A DNA stretch of 64,000 bases from an uncultured delta proteobacterium (GTDB lineage: Bacteria > Desulfobacterota > Desulfomonilia > UBA1062): NCBI GenBank assembly GCA_963785235.1, contig CAWAUM010000003.1, forward strand, positions 224,001 to 288,000. The letters run 5' to 3'. A program made the translations under genes and the position numbers. A model generated the notes under the pieces. It made no database searches, had not been told where the DNA came from, and saw nothing but the letters and a program-made list of their open reading frames with translations. Positions 61,032 to 64,000 of this stretch are shown piece after piece (the stretch's first letter is position 1; each line of letters begins with the position of its first letter).

Positions 61032-63116
61032 ATGAGGAAGTTTCGCACGGAAAACTTGAAAGATGTGATCATCATGTCACAATCCGGCGCCGGGAAGACA
61101 TCTCTCGGTGAGGCCTTCTTATTCAACGCCAAGGCCACTACCAGGCTCGGTAAGGTGCTCGACGGCAATACCGTCTTAGACTTTGAGCCTGAAGAGATCA
61201 AACGCCAGTCTTCAATCTTCAGCGCCCTGCACAACTTCAAGTGGAAGAACACAGGTGTTATCATGCTGGACACTCCAGGTGACACCAACTTCACCTCTGA
61301 GGTCATCCTCGGCTTAAAATCGTGTGACAACGCCCTTTTCGTCATTGATGCCATAGACTCCATCAAGCCCTATTCCGAAAACCTCTGGAAGATGGCGAGT
61401 GCGGAAGGCCTGACCAAAACCTGCTTCATCAGCAAAATTGACAGGGAGCGCGCCAATTACGAACAGGTACTCACTGACATATCGGAAGTCTTTGAGATAA
61501 AGCCATTACCCCTGACATTGCCCATCGGTGCTGAAGACAGCTTTGTAGGCGTAGTGGACGTACTCAAGAAAAAGGCATACCTCTATGAAAAGGATGGCTC
61601 AGGATCCTTTAAAGAGGCCGCTGTTCCTGCAGACATGCAGGACCAGCTTGAAGAGGTCTATGGAAAGGTCATCGAAGACCTGGCCGAGGTAGATGACGCC
61701 TTGATGGAAAAATACCTCGAAGGCGGAGAACTCTCTCAGACCGAGCTCGATAACGCGCTGGCTGCCGGGCTTGCCAAAGGCCTGTTCCTCCCGGTTTTCT
61801 GCGGATCCGCCCTGCTGAACATGGGTGTTCAGCCTGTTATGGACTTTATCAGTTCCTCATTCATCAGCCCCGACAAGAGGTCACTGCCCCCCTTGAAAAA
61901 CAGCAAGGGTGAGACAAAAGAATATAAGCCGGCCGAAGACCAGCCTTTCAGCGGTTACGTCTTCAAGACCATGAGCGACCCGTATACCGGGACCTTGAGC
62001 CTCATCCGGTGCCTCTCGGGAAGCTTAAGCCCCGACTCAAGCGTATACAATGCAAAACGCGAGTTCAAGGAGCGGGTGGGATCCATCCTTATACTCGAGG
62101 GCAAGACCCAGAAACCCCTTGAGCTGGTAGGCCCGGGCGATATCTTTGCCGTAGCGAAGTTGAAAGAAACCAAGACAGGCGATACACTGCTCTCGGAGTC
62201 TGTTCCCTTTACGCTCCCGAGCCCGATCTTCCCCGATCCCATCATGAACATGGCCGTAACCCCCAAGACCAAGGCGGACGTGGAAAAGATCATGCCTGCA
62301 TTCCATAAGATCATGGATGAAGACCCGGTACTCAAGGTATTCCGAGACGAACAGACCGGCGAGTTTATCCTGTCCGGCCTTGGCCAGCTCCACATCGAGA
62401 TCGCAGTGGACAGGCTCAAGAGAAGGTACGGGGTGGAGGTGGACCTGAAGACACCCAAGGTCCCCTACAAGGAGACCATCACCACTTCCGCCGAGGTGCA
62501 GGGCAAACACAAAAAGCAGACAGGCGGTCACGGCCAGTTCGGCGATTGCTGGCTCAGGGTGGAGCCCCAGGAACGCGGCAAGGGCTTCGAGTTCGTCAAT
62601 GGCATCGTGGGCGGGGTCATCCCCAGACAGTATATCCCGGCCGTGGAAAAGGGAGTGATCGAATCCATGCAGACAGGGCCGTTGACGGGAAACCCTGTAG
62701 TGGATATAAAGGTCACCGTGTATTTCGGCTCGTACCACGAGGTGGACTCCTCTGAAATGGCCTTCAAGATCGCCGGCTCACTGGCCTTCAAAAAGGCCAT
62801 GGAACAGTGCAGGCCCATCCTGCTTGAGCCCATCATGAACATCACGGTAACCGTACCAGAGGAGTGCATGGGTGATGTCATGGGCGACCTCAACAGCCGA
62901 AGGGCCAAGATAGAGGGCATGAACTCCAGGGGCAAGTACCAGGAGCTCAAGGCCCAGATCCCTCTGGCCGAGGTGCTCACCTATGCAGCCAGCCTCACCT
63001 CCATCACCTCGGGACGGGGCACATTTACCATGGGCTTCTCACACCTGGATCCGGTGCCGTACAATCTCCAGGACAAGATCGTTGAGGAGGCGAAGACAGC
63101 AAAAGATGGAAAATGA
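61032..63116 (+). CDS. fusA: Elongation factor G paralogue (EF-G2/FusA2-type)
   Basis: Full EF-G layout (GAGKTSL, DTPG, EDP, GLGQLH, YKETI, KKQTGGHGQFG, YHEVDSSEMAFKIAG, LLEPIM, GRG.F) with a divergent G domain. Confidence 0.9.
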   Translation: MRKFRTENLKDVIIMSQSGAGKTSLGEAFLFNAKATTRLGKVLDGNTVLDFEPEEIKRQSSIFSALHNFKWKNTGVIMLDTPGDTNFTSEVILGLKSCDNALFVIDAIDSIKPYSENLWKMASAEGLTKTCFISKIDRERANYEQVLTDISEVFEIKPLPLTLPIGAEDSFVGVVDVLKKKAYLYEKDGSGSFKEAAVPADMQDQLEEVYGKVIEDLAEVDDALMEKYLEGGELSQTELDNALAAGLAKGLFLPVFCGSALLNMGVQPVMDFISSSFISPDKRSLPPLKNSKGETKEYKPAEDQPFSGYVFKTMSDPYTGTLSLIRCLSGSLSPDSSVYNAKREFKERVGSILILEGKTQKPLELVGPGDIFAVAKLKETKTGDTLLSESVPFTLPSPIFPDPIMNMAVTPKTKADVEKIMPAFHKIMDEDPVLKVFRDEQTGEFILSGLGQLHIEIAVDRLKRRYGVEVDLKTPKVPYKETITTSAEVQGKHKKQTGGHGQFGDCWLRVEPQERGKGFEFVNGIVGGVIPRQYIPAVEKGVIESMQTGPLTGNPVVDIKVTVYFGSYHEVDSSEMAFKIAGSLAFKKAMEQCRPILLEPIMNITVTVPEECMGDVMGDLNSRRAKIEGMNSRGKYQELKAQIPLAEVLTYAASLTSITSGRGTFTMGFSHLDPVPYNLQDKIVEEAKTAKDGK

Positions 63117-63540
63117 CGGGTCAGATTCCATCAGGAGTCTGTTCCAGAAAATCCAGACCATGTCTGTCTCGGAAAAGCTTGACCTTGCGCGCAAGGCGTC
63201 CAAGGAGGCTCGTTCGATACTTATCCGCGACTCCAATAAGCTTATCCAGCTGGCAGTGGTCCAATCCCCGAAGATCACCGAGAGCGAGATACTGGCCATC
63301 GCCTCTAACCGCCAGGTGAATGACGAAGTCCTTAAAGAGATTGCAATGAACCGGGAGTGGCTGAGAAACTATCCGATCAGGCTCGCACTGGTGACCAACC
63401 CCAAGACCCCCCTTTCAATCGCCATGGCCCAGGTTTCCTACCTCAACCAGAGAGACCTCGGCCTGCTGGCCAAGAGCAAGGGCGTGGCCAGATCCATCGT
63501 GATAGCGGCCCAGGGCAGGCTCAAGGAGGTAAAACGTTGA
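63106..63540 (+). CDS. Conserved hypothetical helical-repeat protein
   Basis: ATG 63106 overlaps the EF-G stop. KIQTMSVSEK..LA...KEARSILIRD.NK...SPKITESE...NPKTP. Confidence 0.75.
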   Translation: MENDGSDSIRSLFQKIQTMSVSEKLDLARKASKEARSILIRDSNKLIQLAVVQSPKITESEILAIASNRQVNDEVLKEIAMNREWLRNYPIRLALVTNPKTPLSIAMAQVSYLNQRDLGLLAKSKGVARSIVIAAQGRLKEVKR

Positions 63541-64000
63541 AGAAGGCGGGGGTACTCACCTTGAGTGACAAGGGTTCAGCCGGTCTGCGCCAGGACCTGA
63601 GCGGGCCCATTATCCAGGAGATCCTGACAGGCCTGGGCATATCCGTAGAGATGACGGAGATTATCCCGGACGATCAGCGCCTCATCAAAGATCGTCTCAT
63701 TGCCTGGTGCGATGAGCACCACCTTGACCTCATCATCACCACAGGGGGCACAGGGCTGTCCCCCAGGGACGTAACCCCTGATGCGACGCTGGCGGTCATC
63801 GACAAGCGCGTACCGGGCATGGAAGAGGTCATGCGCCTTGAAAGCCTCAAGAAGACTCCCCATGCCATGATATCCCGGGCTGTGGTGGGTGTGAGAAAGC
63901 ACACACTCATCGTAAACATCCCCGGCAGCCCCAAAGCGGCCCGGGAGTGCCTCGAAAGTATTGCACCCGCCCTGCCCCACGCCCTGGACAAACTCGGCGG
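63537..64000 (+). CDS. mog: Molybdopterin adenylyltransferase MogA/MoaB family; runs off the window edge
   Basis: Not in the ORF track. AGGAGG then TTG 63537: MKKAGVLTLSDKGSAGLRQDLSGP...IIPDD...LIITTGGTGLSPRDVTPDAT...SRA...IVNIPGSPK. Confidence 0.92.
   Translation, partial: MKKAGVLTLSDKGSAGLRQDLSGPIIQEILTGLGISVEMTEIIPDDQRLIKDRLIAWCDEHHLDLIITTGGTGLSPRDVTPDATLAVIDKRVPGMEEVMRLESLKKTPHAMISRAVVGVRKHTLIVNIPGSPKAARECLESIAPALPHALDKLG

Overview
A 64 kb bacterial window whose gene content points to an anaerobic deltaproteobacterium (Desulfobacterota-like; inference). The right half is mostly housekeeping and envelope genes: cbpA, polyprenyl synthase, comF, a Wza/Wzc-type polysaccharide export cluster with a sigma54 two-component system, ffh, a four-subunit por operon, LysR, Smr, holB, a divergent EF-G paralogue and mog. 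The left half is accessory: fatty-acid catabolism genes, two membrane diguanylate cyclases, a PilZ protein, a VPLPA-CTERM protein, ZupT, REP-like repeats and gene remnants. Many single-base frameshifts, including in ffh and porA, look like sequencing errors rather than biology. The best candidate for an undescribed system is a three-gene exported module at 7782-15667: a ~1600-aa Ig/PKD/beta-propeller surface protein with a compact C-terminal domain, a small exported protein, and a secreted Zn-dependent phospholipase C/P1-nuclease-like protein. I interpret it as a possible carrier-immunity-toxin unit. Other leads are a lipoprotein-lipoprotein-beta-barrel trio, a candidate sRNA carrying an anti-SD sequence, a wHTH plus nucleotidyltransferase pair, a DUF2520-RfaE2 fusion and an EF-G2 with altered GTPase motifs. 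No rRNA, tRNA, CRISPR array, integrase or intact transposase was seen. All family calls come from motif recognition by eye; no database search was run.
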